Source of the DNA: Marsupella aquatica
Lineage: Eukaryota; Plantae; Marchantiophyta
Reading direction: 5' to 3'
NCBI GenBank assembly: GCA_973895155.1
Contig: OZ316897.1
Coordinates: 17,218,058-17,282,057, forward strand
Length of the DNA: 64,000 nucleotides
Positions within the stretch are counted from its first letter, which is position 1; each line of letters opens with the position of its first letter. Under the pieces are notes generated by a model. The model did no database searches. It was not told the origin of the DNA and was given only the letters and a program-made list of their open reading frames with translations. Made by a program: the position numbers and the translations under genes. This document shows, in pieces, positions 40,041 through 51,858 of the stretch.

Positions 40041-40509
40041 CTGTTGATTGATTTTATCCTGGGTGCTGAGGGCTTCCATATTGTGAACTATGATGAGAGC
40101 TAGAGTTTCGGACTAGAGTTTCTGATCTGGTTTATCCAGTCTGACGAGACATCTCTTGGCTGTCTGAGTTCTATTCTTTTTATTAAGTTAGGTCAGTGAA
40201 ATCGATCTGTCCGCGCTAATTACCAATACCGAGAATTGGGGTCTCTCCGTCATATTCTGTGGTGCAATGGCTTTAGCGCTACAGGAAAACGTGGCATTCT
40301 AAACTTGGGGACTTCCATTCCCCACTTTTTTGGGAAACCCACGATATACGAAGTTTAGACAACCTAATCCACAAGTTCTGTCACTGCTACAACTGACATT
40401 TCTTGGATCTCGTCATAAGGAAGACGTGGTGAAGCAGAGTTTATCGTTTTATCTATGTCATTCCAGACGACTATGTCATTTCTAGATTCCAATATCCAGG
40501 TGACATCAG

Positions 40510-40610
40510 TTCACTGGCTTCGAATGGAGCGTAACATCAGGCCACATTCACTGGCTTCGAATGGAGCGTAACATCAGGCCACATTCACTGGCTTCGAATG
40601 GAGCGTAACA
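40510..40610. repeat. 37-bp perfect tandem repeat x2.7
   Basis: TTCACTGGCTTCGAATGGAGCGTAACATCAGGCCACA repeated head to tail. Confidence 0.9.
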
Positions 40611-41877
40611 CTCTGTATTCCCAATTGAGGTGCCTAAAATACCTTTGTTCCTCTCGTATTGGAGAGCCGGCAGTCGTCTTCATACAACTGCGATCACTCA
40701 CCGTAAGCAGTGAAGTGAGCTTTTTATTATCAATGTACATCTACACAAAGCAATGAAAGTTCGCAACATGCAAGCAAGAGACAAACCAAGAAGTCCTTTT
40801 AAAACTCAGCGAATTGGCTGCTCAAGCACACAAATGTTTTCTCCAATTCAAACTAAATTAAGTGCACTTCAAACGTTTCCTCCAACATTCCCCAACTAAG
40901 CCAAATGTATTCAAAAAGATCCGACTTTTCTTCCGATCAGTAAATGAGCAAGTTATAGCTTTCTAGAGAAGGCTGGGGGAACTTGGGAGCTCACACCGGT
41001 ATATATTTCCGCATAAACCGGGAATAGGGAGAACATGTTACTTTCTTCTTGCCTATCAGGTAAATGAGCAAGTTCTAGCTTTCTAGAGAAGTAGCAATCA
41101 CAATCGAGTCAGCTGAAAAACGCACGACAAGCATACACAGCATGGTTTCTGATGTTAGGCTCCTGGTGTTACACGTAGGCCTTATCCCCATAGAGGCTCT
41201 GGAGGCGGCTCCACCGTAATAAAGCCATGAGAGCCTCACTCTTAAGGGAGGGTCACCGCAAAACGCGGAACTCCGCCTCTCGGTTTGGCATGCTCTGTTC
41301 CTCTCGAAAGATATCGAGATGTTGCTTTTTTGGGTGATTGAGGCTACACTCATGGAGTTCACTTTGACTTGGTTGTCGTCTAGAGTCACTTTATCAGTTG
41401 AGTTACGGGAAACGAGCGCTTGATGTCACACCATCTACAGGATGAGCTGACTACAAGACCTGCTTTACAAGGCCGTGAAGCTCCCTGCCTAATAACATCG
41501 ATGTGGCATATGTGGATGCAATGCACCTAAGTCACCCACGATTTGCGAGAGGGGTGAGTGCACAACAACCGTAGAGGACGTGCAGCTCAGAAAGAGGAGA
41601 CAGGTCCCGATTGACATGTCCAGGAGCTTGGTGTACCATTTTGAAAATCTGAAGTGGGCTTAGAGCAGTAACCGTCCATCTCGCTAGCCTTTCGATTTTT
41701 GTTGCTAACAAAAGCATTGTGCTGACGACCTTAGACTAGGATTTGGGATCACTGCTTTCAAAGAGGAGAGGGGTTGAATCCTTGGCTCGTCGAAGTCTCA
41801 TGTTTTTCCGCTACTAGAGTTGAGCACCCACATCAGTCTGCTGCTAGATTGCTGCTGCTGCTGGTGTGGGAAGCCAA

Positions 41878-43164
41878 ATGGCAGGGCAAGCAGTGCTGCA
41901 TTGTGGTCAGCCGCTGGCCTCCGTGGATGCGCTGCTAAGAAATGCTGGGCCATCTTCGTCTTCGTCGACCTCCTCGTCTTCGTCTTCGGTCAATTTCGCA
42001 GCTGCAGCTCAGAGGAGGAGCTCTCGCTCGCGAGTAGCGCAGTCCTCTTTCTGGGGCGCTCTGGAGTCCGACTCTGGGCCCTCCTACTCCATCTTCTTGC
42101 CGGCTGAGAAGCGCTCATTACTATGTCAGAGAGCAGCAGCAATTGGGGGCAAATCCACCATCGCCACCACAATTGTTGCAACTGCGGCTATGTCCGGCAC
42201 GCCTGTGAGGAATACCAGCATTCTCGTTGTGGGGGCAACAGGCACGCTGGGCCGGCAGGTAGTGCGTCGAGCACTCGATGAAGGGTATGATGTCCGCTGT
42301 CTGGTACGATCCAGGCCCACTCCAGCTGACTTCCTTCGTGATTGGGGTGCCATCGTCGTCAACGGTGACTTGAGCAGGCCAGAGACTCTGCCAGCCACTC
42401 TAGTGGGTATCCACACCATTATCGACTGTGCCACTGGGAGGCCCGAGGAGCCCATCAGGAAGGTGGATTGGGACGGGAAGGTGGCTCTGATACAGTGTGC
42501 GAAGGCCATGGGAATCCAGAGGTTTGTGTTTTTCTCAATTCACAACTGCGAGAAGCATCCTGAGGTTCCTCTCATGGAGATCAAGCGGTGCACTGAGAAG
42601 TACTTGGCTGATTCAGGGCTCAATTACACGACCATAAGGTTGTGTGGCTTTATGCAGGGAGTGATTGGACAGTATGCGGTGCCCATTCTTGAGGAGAAGT
42701 CTGTTTGGGGAACGGATGCTCCCACTCGTGTGGCTTACATGGACACCCAGGATGTTGCTAGATTGACGCTGACGGCATTGAGGAATCCGAAAACAGAGAA
42801 GAAGTCGCTGACCCTGGCTGGACCGAGAGCTTGGACGACTCAGGAGGTGATCAGCTTGTGTGAGAGGTTGGCAGGGCAGGACGCTAAGGTGACAACAGTA
42901 CCAGTAGGGATGTTAAAATTTACCAGGATTTTGACCCGGCTCTTTCAGTGGACATCTGATGTTGCTGACCGCCTTGCCTTTTCAGAGGTGCTTTCAAGTG
43001 ATGCCGTTTTCTCTGCTCCCATGACCGAAACGTATGGATTGCTGGGTGTCGATCCGAAGGATACGACCACTCTGGAGCTGTACCTACAAGAGTACTACTC
43101 ACAGATCCTGAAGAAATTGAAGGAAATGAAAGCCACATCGAAGCAGGGTGATTACTACCTTTAG
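41878..43164 (+). CDS. HCF244: HCF244/Ycf39, atypical short-chain dehydrogenase (NmrA-like) PSII assembly factor, intronless CDS
   Basis: Ser-rich transit peptide, then GTPVRNTSILVVGATGTLGRQVVRRALDEGYDVRCLVR...PADFLRDWGA, HPEVPLMEIK, WTTQEVISLCERLAG and ADRLAFSEVL. Confidence 0.96.
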   Translation: MAGQAVLHCGQPLASVDALLRNAGPSSSSSTSSSSSSVNFAAAAQRRSSRSRVAQSSFWGALESDSGPSYSIFLPAEKRSLLCQRAAAIGGKSTIATTIVATAAMSGTPVRNTSILVVGATGTLGRQVVRRALDEGYDVRCLVRSRPTPADFLRDWGAIVVNGDLSRPETLPATLVGIHTIIDCATGRPEEPIRKVDWDGKVALIQCAKAMGIQRFVFFSIHNCEKHPEVPLMEIKRCTEKYLADSGLNYTTIRLCGFMQGVIGQYAVPILEEKSVWGTDAPTRVAYMDTQDVARLTLTALRNPKTEKKSLTLAGPRAWTTQEVISLCERLAGQDAKVTTVPVGMLKFTRILTRLFQWTSDVADRLAFSEVLSSDAVFSAPMTETYGLLGVDPKDTTTLELYLQEYYSQILKKLKEMKATSKQGDYYL

Positions 43165-45023
43165 AAATCTGCATTTTGTCAACTTTTCTTTTCCTGCTAG
43201 GACTTGCAAGTAGTAGAATTGGGGCACGGGATAAATATGCCTCCTAGGGTTAAATTTGGATAAGTGACAGCACTGTATTTGTGCCTGTGAGGGGGATTTT
43301 GTATGTTCTTGGCTCCAGATAATTGTTTACCTGTCGCAGGCCGCTTTTGTTGCGTCCGGTCTGAGTCTATTGCGGTGTTCAGTTAACAGAGTATCAGGGA
43401 AGACCATTCCAGACCACGAAAGTCTCACAATGATTGTCAACTGTTCCTGGCTCTGGTTGTGTTAGTGCGCACCACACCTCTCAGGGATGTATAATACGTC
43501 CAGAGAGTGTTTCCCTGATTGAATAGCTGGAAAGAGCTACCTCAATGGATTATTCCATCTGTCTAGTAACATGTTCGATTTTCTCTCCACAAGCCTTCCA
43601 TATCTACTTTGTTGACTCCTGTATTTGTTTTGCAAGTGGCATTCAATTTACTGCCCATTGGTTACTAGAATAAGTGAGTCAAACAGTCTCTATTGCATTA
43701 TATTTAGTCATCTCCCCCTTAGAAGAGTCGTTAATATGTTGGAACAACTTTCATTCATGTAGCAATTTTGACCTCAAATGCTCTACATTTATGCTCAATA
43801 TCAAGATTATGAAGCTGTCGACTAGAAATTCATGGCAGGTTTGTTGCTAACCGGTTCCTTGCTGGCCAGAGTTCTCACTCATTACAGGGGGCTGGTCATA
43901 GCATACTTTTCTGTGAGCAGTTTTGTCTTTTAGCAATTAAATAAAGGTCCTTGTGTCATGCTTGAATTCATTTGTCGTCAAAGTAGGTTTTGCCCAGGCT
44001 CGCTTACTCTTGGCATCCAAGCTTTTAATTGGAAGATGGATTACCAGTTGACCAATGTAGAGAGTGCAGTCTCATTTCTATTGTCCTTCGCTTAAGCGTT
44101 TAATAATGGAAGAGGAGCTGCAGCAAGCGCTTACAGCTGCAGGTAGCTGCACTATACTTGCTGCCGCTGGACCTCAGCGATCCAGGGTTTTGGTTATAAT
44201 CTATCCCGATTGTGAGTGTAATTATGCCAAGCTTTGAATGATGTTTCGGACGCCATGGTAAAAATAGGAATGCTGAACGGTGTTTGATACCTAGCGAGGA
44301 TGCCTCCTTGCGTTAGATCAGACAAACCACTTGCAGTTCTGCTAGATCACTTTCCGTCAGTCGTCTACGCTTTAAATGTTGGACTTCGCTATGTGGAGGA
44401 CACTTGTACAATATGAGCCGTCGTGAATAGGACTCAGCTGTCCATTAGCACACAAAATGCATTGTTGAGTACAGATTAAAGTGATTTTTTTGTGATTATT
44501 TTGGACTCAGTTACCATGTGGAGGTTGTCACGGACAGCAAGAGAGAGCTCACCCAAAGTTGGAACGCCAACGTTCAGCCATAGCACATAATGGACGGCCA
44601 TCTCAACTTTTTATCAAATTGCATGCCTTCAAACCCTGAGCCAGGATTATCTATGAAATAGGTTATCATTGGAGAATTTGAATTAGGTGTGCAACACCTT
44701 CGTACATTCGTTTGGAAGTAAACTGATGAAATCATGTTTTCTTACTTCAATTGCCTCAGCAAAAACGCCTGTACCTTCTCGAGCAAGAAAACTGCCTGTC
44801 CCATTTTTCCATTTGTAGTGGAGAAGGGGGGAATCATTTGTATATTGCACAAAGGAGCCACTGCACTTCACGTCGATTCAGTACATAATCTCACTTTAGA
44901 GAATGACTAGGTTACAAATATGGAGATGTCAGGTAGGAGATGACTAACGATCACTCTGTAAAGGTTAATAGGGAGCACAAAAATAAAACTGCCGACTACT
45001 TCTATGGGAAGGAAAGAACACAT

Positions 45024-46601
45024 CTACCATCTGTCCCTTGGTCTCTCAATCGTTGCAACTTCAGGTCTTTGAAGTCTGCTTTCCGTCAGTCTAGGGCGTA
45101 AGTCTTTATAGGTCTTCGCTAGTTTTCGTGGAGATGGAGCATAAGTCCTAACAGGGATCTCTGCGTCATTCATTGAACTTTCATCACCTTCTCTTTCGTC
45201 CTCATCGGACAATTCATCGTCACTCTCACCTTCTTCATCCTCATCAAATTGGTCATTCCAGTCGCCATCTTCATCTTCATCATCATCGTCCTCATCCTCA
45301 TCACCTTCTTCGCCTGCATTTTCTGATTTCATGGCTTTGGTCCGAGCATGCACAAGCGCGCTCAGGCGCTCCCTTGCTAAAACCAGAGGATCCTTGTCTA
45401 CGAGTTCTGAACCTTGGTAAGCTTCACGAAGGAAGACGGAATCCCTGTGGCCCTTGAATGAGACGTAAAACATTTCAGGATGGCGGATGAGCGTAGCCCT
45501 GATTCTCTGTGAGAACTTGAAGTCCTTTTTGAAATGGGTGAGATGGTCCACCAGGGTCTTCTTCTCCAAAGTCATGCTCAAGAGCTCATGCACAGTTGCA
45601 CATGCTCTTTTTTCTGCTTGTATAGAAGCCGGATCCAAATCTGTTGCATCAGAATAAGGTGACACGTACGGAATCTGCTGAAACCTCAATGCAACTACTC
45701 TGTCCTTCTTGGCAAGGTTCAAACCTTTCGGCAGATTCAGCCTTTTGTTGCTCATTTGTGTTGGAACTATTTCCTCCCCATCTATGACAATTCTAGTTCT
45801 ATCATCCACTTTGTTAGCCTCCGCTGCTGCTTTCTTCTGTGCAGCACAAATCGCCAACAGCGGGTCCCAAAAAGTAAGCTCTAACGCAGGCCCAGTCTCT
45901 GTTTCAACAAGCTTAAAATACTGGGGGTATTTAGGTAGGATACTAGTTCTGAAGTCCTCAGGTAATCCCAAATCATTTTTTATGTGGGCAATTTTGTCGA
46001 TCGTAAGCCTCTTATCCAAGGACATCATCAACAATTTCCTTAGCTTTTCTACGTGGAATACTTCCAAATTTGCTTTTATCCTCAGCTCCTCTTCGTACTG
46101 AGCTTCAGCCTCCTCTGTGAAGCGCACGTACATTACATTGCAGCCTTCCTCGTAAACCTCGAACACAGCCGGATACTTGTTTAGGAGAGCGATCACTCGC
46201 CTCCTTCCCGTCAATGCGAAATTCTTCCTATACTTTCCCAGCTGCAGCAGCGTCATCGTCCGGCCCGGCTGCTTGATCAGAATGTCCTTGATCTTATTGA
46301 CAATCCTCACCTTCTTCTCTCTTTGGACGACATTATCAAATGCGGAGTCCTTCCTGCGCTTGATTTTTGCCCGGGCGCCTAGCGATCGGCTGGGATTCCA
46401 AATCCCATACGCAGGGAAGGTAACACATTGCAAGCTTTGTGTGCATCCGAAAAAATTCGGGCGAGTGATCCGGACCGTGGTCTCGGAGGTGCAGGGCAAA
46501 CCTGATGATGACAGCACGCCGCTCCTACCAGCAGCCGAGAAGAAACGAACCGCCGAAGCTGCTGATAGCGCCCTCGTCAGTGACAACCTGAACGACGCCA
46601 T
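45024..46601 (-). CDS. WTF1: PORR-domain organellar RNA-binding/splicing factor, WTF1 type, intronless
   Basis: KRRKDSAFDNVVQREKK, KLRKLLMMSLDKRL, DLGLPEDFR, GPALELTFWDP, PYVSPYSD, AEKRACATVHELLSMTLEK and RHPEMFYVSFKG, followed by an acidic C-tail. First ATG at 46601. Confidence 0.9.
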   Translation of the reverse strand: MASFRLSLTRALSAASAVRFFSAAGRSGVLSSSGLPCTSETTVRITRPNFFGCTQSLQCVTFPAYGIWNPSRSLGARAKIKRRKDSAFDNVVQREKKVRIVNKIKDILIKQPGRTMTLLQLGKYRKNFALTGRRRVIALLNKYPAVFEVYEEGCNVMYVRFTEEAEAQYEEELRIKANLEVFHVEKLRKLLMMSLDKRLTIDKIAHIKNDLGLPEDFRTSILPKYPQYFKLVETETGPALELTFWDPLLAICAAQKKAAAEANKVDDRTRIVIDGEEIVPTQMSNKRLNLPKGLNLAKKDRVVALRFQQIPYVSPYSDATDLDPASIQAEKRACATVHELLSMTLEKKTLVDHLTHFKKDFKFSQRIRATLIRHPEMFYVSFKGHRDSVFLREAYQGSELVDKDPLVLARERLSALVHARTKAMKSENAGEEGDEDEDDDDEDEDGDWNDQFDEDEEGESDDELSDEDEREGDESSMNDAEIPVRTYAPSPRKLAKTYKDLRPRLTESRLQRPEVATIERPRDRW

Positions 46602-47294
46602 TGCTGCCAATCCTCAAAACCCTAAACCCTGCCAATCCTCCACAAATCTCCTCCACCTCCTTGTTTTCAGTTTTCCGCACTCAATATTCCCGAGCGAAAT
46701 GAGGGCTCTCTCTATAAAAAGTGCTCCACCTCCGCAGGAGAAATCGCTCGGGACGGGATGAAACGGTGGTGGGATTCTCAATTTTTGTCAGTTGCTTGTT
46801 ACACCATGACAATCGGGAGTCCCGATTGCCGCAGACAGATTCAAGTGAACTGCAGGCGCCGTCATTGCAGAAATTCCAGTACCACAAATTCAAAGATCGG
46901 TGAATTCAAAGATCACCGAATGCTCAAAAGGCCCTCTCTGTGCTTTGCCGACAAGGTTTGGACACAATCTCTGTGCTGGGTTTCGACACAATGTTTCAAC
47001 CAAGTGTGGGACGCAGCGAAAGAAACCGAGACAGAGTGTGAGTAAATCGATTGAGCTCAGATTTCTTTGTAGGACCTTGAGAAAACTTGCTTCGACCTGG
47101 TTGCGAACGACTTGCACGAGACAGAGTAGTAGTAAACAATTGATGGAGCTCACATTGCTGTGCGTAGTTTCAACACGTTGCTTCAACCTATTAGTACTAG
47201 TGAATGGAGCAAAAAATAGCTCGCTCCCACAACCAAGTGGCTTTTGGTCCTATTACCACTAGTGTGGTTGCAAAGGAATTGAGCAAAAAGAAGG

Positions 47295-47580
47295 CCCGCT
47301 CCCAAAACCAAGTGGCTTTGGTTGGCAGGGGCTTAGTCTAGAACCTAGAGGTCCCAGGTTCAATCCCCCCACATGCAAGGGTGTGTGTGTCGGGTGTAGT
47401 GGCGGGATTGAACCCTTCCACATGCAAGGGGGTGTGTGTTTGGGGTGACTGTAATGATGGGAGGTTAGGGTTTAGGGGTTCAGCCCCTGGCTAGTGGGAT
47501 TTCGTTCAACCCTGTCTCCCTCCTGGTTTGGGTATGACCCCCTTGTAGGCTACCCTATAGAGGTGCATGCTCCAGAGTCT
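47295..47580 (+). mobile_element. tRNA-derived SINE-like sequence
   Basis: B-box-like GAGGTCCCAGGTTCAATCCC at ~47348-47368, preceded by an A-box-like CCAAGTGG segment. No full cloverleaf. Internal duplication of CCACATGCAAGGG(GG)TGTGTG. Confidence 0.45.
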
Positions 47581-48039
47581 ATTGCCTATTGGATCGGTCA
47601 GCTTTTGGTTTTGGGGCCAAAAACGAAACTTGCTCCCAACGAACAAGTGAGATATGAGAGGAGAGCTCTGTAGCCTTTGGACAAGTTGAGAGGTCCGAAG
47701 TTCCTCTACGCTGCAGGTATCTACTTATCCTAACTAGGTAATAGCAATGGTAGGCTACTCTTAATAGTGTGTTTTCTTCCTTTGAAACCAAAGCAAATTC
47801 CAAGAAACGGAGGATATATAATCTATTCTGGAGCATGCAATTTTATAGGTAACCACAAGGGATTCGGCAGGACCCAGACTAGGGAAGAGTTTTAAACCAG
47901 AGCCCCAAAGCAGACCATTGAAGGGTTGACGAGTAACTAGTACTCGCCCCACTACACGCCACCCACATACATACCCTCCACTCCCCATGTGAAGGGGGGA
48001 GTGAACCTGGGAACTCATTATTCTAGGCTAATCCCTTGG

Positions 48040-49780
48040 CCAACTTTTTTTTTCTTCTTTTCTGTTTTGGAAAAACTATGCAAGGCCCGTCAAAACCACG
48101 CAAGGAAGCATGCAGAACGCCTACCCAGGAAGGACAACAAAGGGCACAAGCGCTAAAAAGGCCAAAAAGCTGGCAAAACAAACCAATCAACTAGTCAAAT
48201 GATAGGTCATGAAGAGCCACAACAAGGTAGTTGGCTCACAATCCCAAACAGTCTTCAATGGTTATTCTATCTATCTCTACTCTTAGTTGATGAATTTCAA
48301 GAGTTCATCTAATTCTGAGTTTTATCAATATGGGTCAAAATGTTCATCATATCATTCATGGGCATGATTCCTTGGGTCTACATCTACGTACTTTGCTGAC
48401 TGTTTTCAAATAAATCAATTCATTTACGCTCACCCTTAGCCCAAAGAGACATTGTGTTTTGTCCTACTCTTCTCTTGAAGGTGAGTTCTCTTCCACTCCA
48501 TTCCAATCTTCTATCCACCATTTTCAACATCAATTAATGTTGAGCGCAATGGTACTTTCAAGACCCTTCCTAGGATTGAGCACCTCTAAGAGCTCACCAA
48601 TGGGCATATTGAAGTTGTTTAGCCTTCTTGTCAAAGTGGCAAATATCAAACATAGATCTCAGGTGCATTTCCATTGTAAGACAACCCATCCAGGTAATCT
48701 CCCAATGAAGCAAGTAGCGGCATTCAGCTTGTTCCAAATGCCAGTGCATATCTCCATCAGCAACACAACAAGACCAAGTGTCCACTTTTGCCTATGAACG
48801 GCAAAAGTTATTGCTTCATACAACAACTTTGTGGAATCTTAAGCAAATCCGATCATTGCACCAATCCTTGTACTTCATTCCATCTTTCAGTGATCCTTGT
48901 GTGGTTGAAGAACAAGTGCTCAATGTCCTCAAACCGCTACCACACAGACCGTTGCAAACTCCCCAATGGCTCACCTTGCTGTTCGTTAAGAAACCATGAT
49001 TTAGCAACGCCCACATGAAAACCTCAACTTGGGGAAGGACCATCCACCCCAATTTAACCCACTTTTGTTTCCAGCTTGTGAGATGAATCACTTGTCCCAA
49101 TTGTTGGTGCAACTTGGTAACATTAATTGTGGTTGGCTCGGTGCCGGCTTGGTGTTTTTAACTAGGCCACAATCTATTGGAGAAAGTCTAGCCACGGTTC
49201 CTTGCTACCCTTTTGATCCCATTGCCAACCCTTGCAATCATAAAGCTCTGTAGCAATGTGGCTAGTTGTCTATCTTAGTTTGTGGTAGAAAGTAGTGAAC
49301 TTGGTCTATCCAACCATTATGGTGCTCCTAATCTGTGGACTGATCTTGCTATTAGGAATTATACAATCACCCTGCAACAACCTAAGGTCAGACAAGTGCC
49401 TAATCTTCCTACTGGCCTGAATCTCCTTAACTCCACCCCTCATTGTTCTGTCACGTAATTATTGCAGAGATGCAGCAAAATGATTTGCTCAATGGAAATT
49501 TTGGTAGAAAGCATACCATTGCCAAAGTTGAATTTGAGGTGTTCAAACCAGCCTCCCAACAATACTTTCACTATATAGGGGAACTTTTGACTGCCAGTTA
49601 CTCAGTATGCACTTGAGCTAAACCTTGGCCAATTGACATAAGCAAGTTGCTTTTCTTAAGGCCTATTGTTTGGAAGGAAGCCTCTAGAAGACCGAGACTC
49701 TCAAGGACTAACTGAAAATGGGAGTGCCAATGAAAACCATGGATTCAGGGTATATATGGTGAGCCTTTGAAAGTAGCCAC
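48040..49780 (-). mobile_element. Degenerate 5'-truncated L1-type LINE fragment (post-RT and zf-RVT region)
   Basis: Minus-strand fragments KLGWMVLPQVEVFMWALLNHGFLTNSKVSHWGVCNGLC and LHWEITW resemble the zf-RVT region, with many stops and frameshifts. The T-rich run at ~48044-48068 would be the 3' poly(A) tail. Confidence 0.65.
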
Positions 49781-51199
49781 TAGAAATGAATTGTTGAATC
49801 AATGAACGGGCAATGGCCTTGAATGTACTCATCTCTATTTACATTCAAAGAATCTTCAAACTTTATTATAGCAATAAAAGGATACTTGTTAAGGCCTCTT
49901 GTATTTATGTTTCTTCTTTTTAAGAAGGGAAATCTATGAAACCCCAAAGAAAGGAAACTGTTAGTCACAACATTTGAACTTTAGACCGATGAATCTTGAC
50001 TCAAGTGAGCTACCACACAACAATGCCTCTCTGGGCTAAGGGCATCTTGTAATGAGTAAAGGAACTCCTGTGTAGAGTGAAAACTCTAGACCGTGACTTT
50101 GGGGGCAAAATTGAAATTGGGGGTGCATCAAAAACAAGGATTGGGGGCAGGGTGAGTCTCTCAAATTGGCCAATTGAAAACTGAACCAATGAATGGGCAA
50201 TGGGCTTGAATTTACTCACCTCAATTTACTTTCAAAGAATTGAACCAGCATTCACACTAGTGTGTACTAGGGTAGTTACCAATGCACGGCTTGGAAGGGT
50301 TTACCTATCTAACTATACAATCATGATTAAAAACTACTCTTTAGGGCCTACTGTCCAAAGTTAATCTTCTAGACGCAAGTCTAAAGACATGGGGAGTTTG
50401 GGTATAGGGAGTCCTGCATGTGCATAAGCATGGATATTCAGACTAGTGGGTTGTAATCCCCAAGGCTGGTGAGCTCGAGGGGGTTATAGCCATGGGTTAG
50501 CTAGCAAGCATAACCCCCAACACTCTTTAAAAAATCATTTGAGAATCAACAACTTTGGGTGAAGAGTATGACACTTGGAATCCACTCTAGCAAAGTTAGC
50601 AAGGGATTAGAGCATCCCCACCAATCACGATGAACTCAACTTGGTGTTGTGGTCAATGGTGTTGTGAGTAGCAGGCCCAATTAGGAGTCCAGACCAGCTC
50701 CTGAATTGTTGCACCCGGGGTTGCACCTAATCAATGGGGTAAGATGTGTTGGTGACAGCTTGCTCTCAGATAGTTCACTTGCAGATGGCAATTGTATGAA
50801 CACTTTCACAATTTACTTCAAACAGGGACTTCCAAGCTTGAAGAAGACATACCTCACCGCACAAGCTTTATCACAGGAAAAAATTGATTCCCCTTCATTG
50901 ATCCAGGCTTTTGTGTGCTGCATGCTAGAAAAGGCTAAACTTGAGATAGTGATCATAATACTTGGACAAATTTTGATCAACAAATATTTGCAATGGAAAT
51001 TCAAGATGACTCCTTTGCAACAATGGAGGAGGAGATTGAAGTTGAAGATGGAAGAAACCCAACAAGAATGGGATGATGACCAAACCCGGTGGGAAAGCAT
51101 GACAGTCACAGGCCCCTTGGCATGGACAAACCAAAACCATGGTGCATCAGGGGAAAAAGAAAGAGATGCATCAAGGCCAGACAAAGGTTACAATATATA

Positions 51200-51851
51200 A
51201 TCAAGATAGAATTGTCAGCAATCAATGCATTCCGAAGAGTTATGTGTATCGACAAGCATTTAAAGAGGTGCTACATTACAAATCAACCACGGTGGCAAAT
51301 CCATGATTGAGTGTGTGCATATGACCTATGTTTCATCTCTAAGTGAGATTCAACAAAGGTACTTGACATGTCCTCCACACAAATGACCAGACCTTTGCAT
51401 ATGCTGGGGCATTGGTGTGTCTTTCCAAGGCTTTGTATACAAGTATGTGAGAAATAGGGAGAGCACAACTGTGAAATCATTGAGACAGTTATGTGTTACT
51501 GATCAAATTATTTTTTAGGAGCATCTTTGACAGCCCACAAAGGAGGATGTGGAGACTCAATTTTGGATCAATGAGAAGCATGGATTCTCTCAGTCTCATT
51601 TTGCTTCACTTGATTGTATGCATTATAAGTGGGAGAAATGCCCAATCGCTTAGCAAGGATTATTCACCAACAAGGACGTGGCCAAACGTATTATGCTCAA
51701 GGCTGTTGCCAACCAATCCATGCATGTGGATCTAGCATGCCCACTTTGGATTGTTCTTGGGGGGGCAAGGGGGGGGGGGCAATGTCATGAATATGCTTGC
51801 TTGGTCTCCATTGATGAACAATCCGCTGCAAAATGCTCATCATGTTCTACG
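51200..51851 (+). pseudogene. PIF/Harbinger (Pong-like, DDE_Tnp_4) transposase pseudogene, interrupted by the tyrosine-recombinase element
   Basis: Translates as KHGFSQSHFASLDCMHYKWEKCPIA*QGLFTNKDVAKRIMLKAVANQS...HAHFG...SPLMN. This matches the family pattern GSIDCMHWxWKNCPxAWxG...IILEAVAxxDLWIWHAFFG...SPL. Possible continuation (DVNGH; IIIHNAMV) at ~56020-56415. Confidence 0.75.
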
Positions 51852-51858
51852 TATAGGG

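Noticed and set aside
40510-40610. 37-bp repeats as a CRISPR array
   Set aside because: Units are head to tail with identical intervening sequence, so there are no unique spacers. The context is eukaryotic with no cas genes.
13051-46601. Functional cluster of organelle-targeted genes (BASS1, rlmN, HCF244, WTF1)
   Set aside because: The pathways are unrelated and the genes are interspersed with other genes and TEs. Organelle-targeted genes are common enough for chance proximity.
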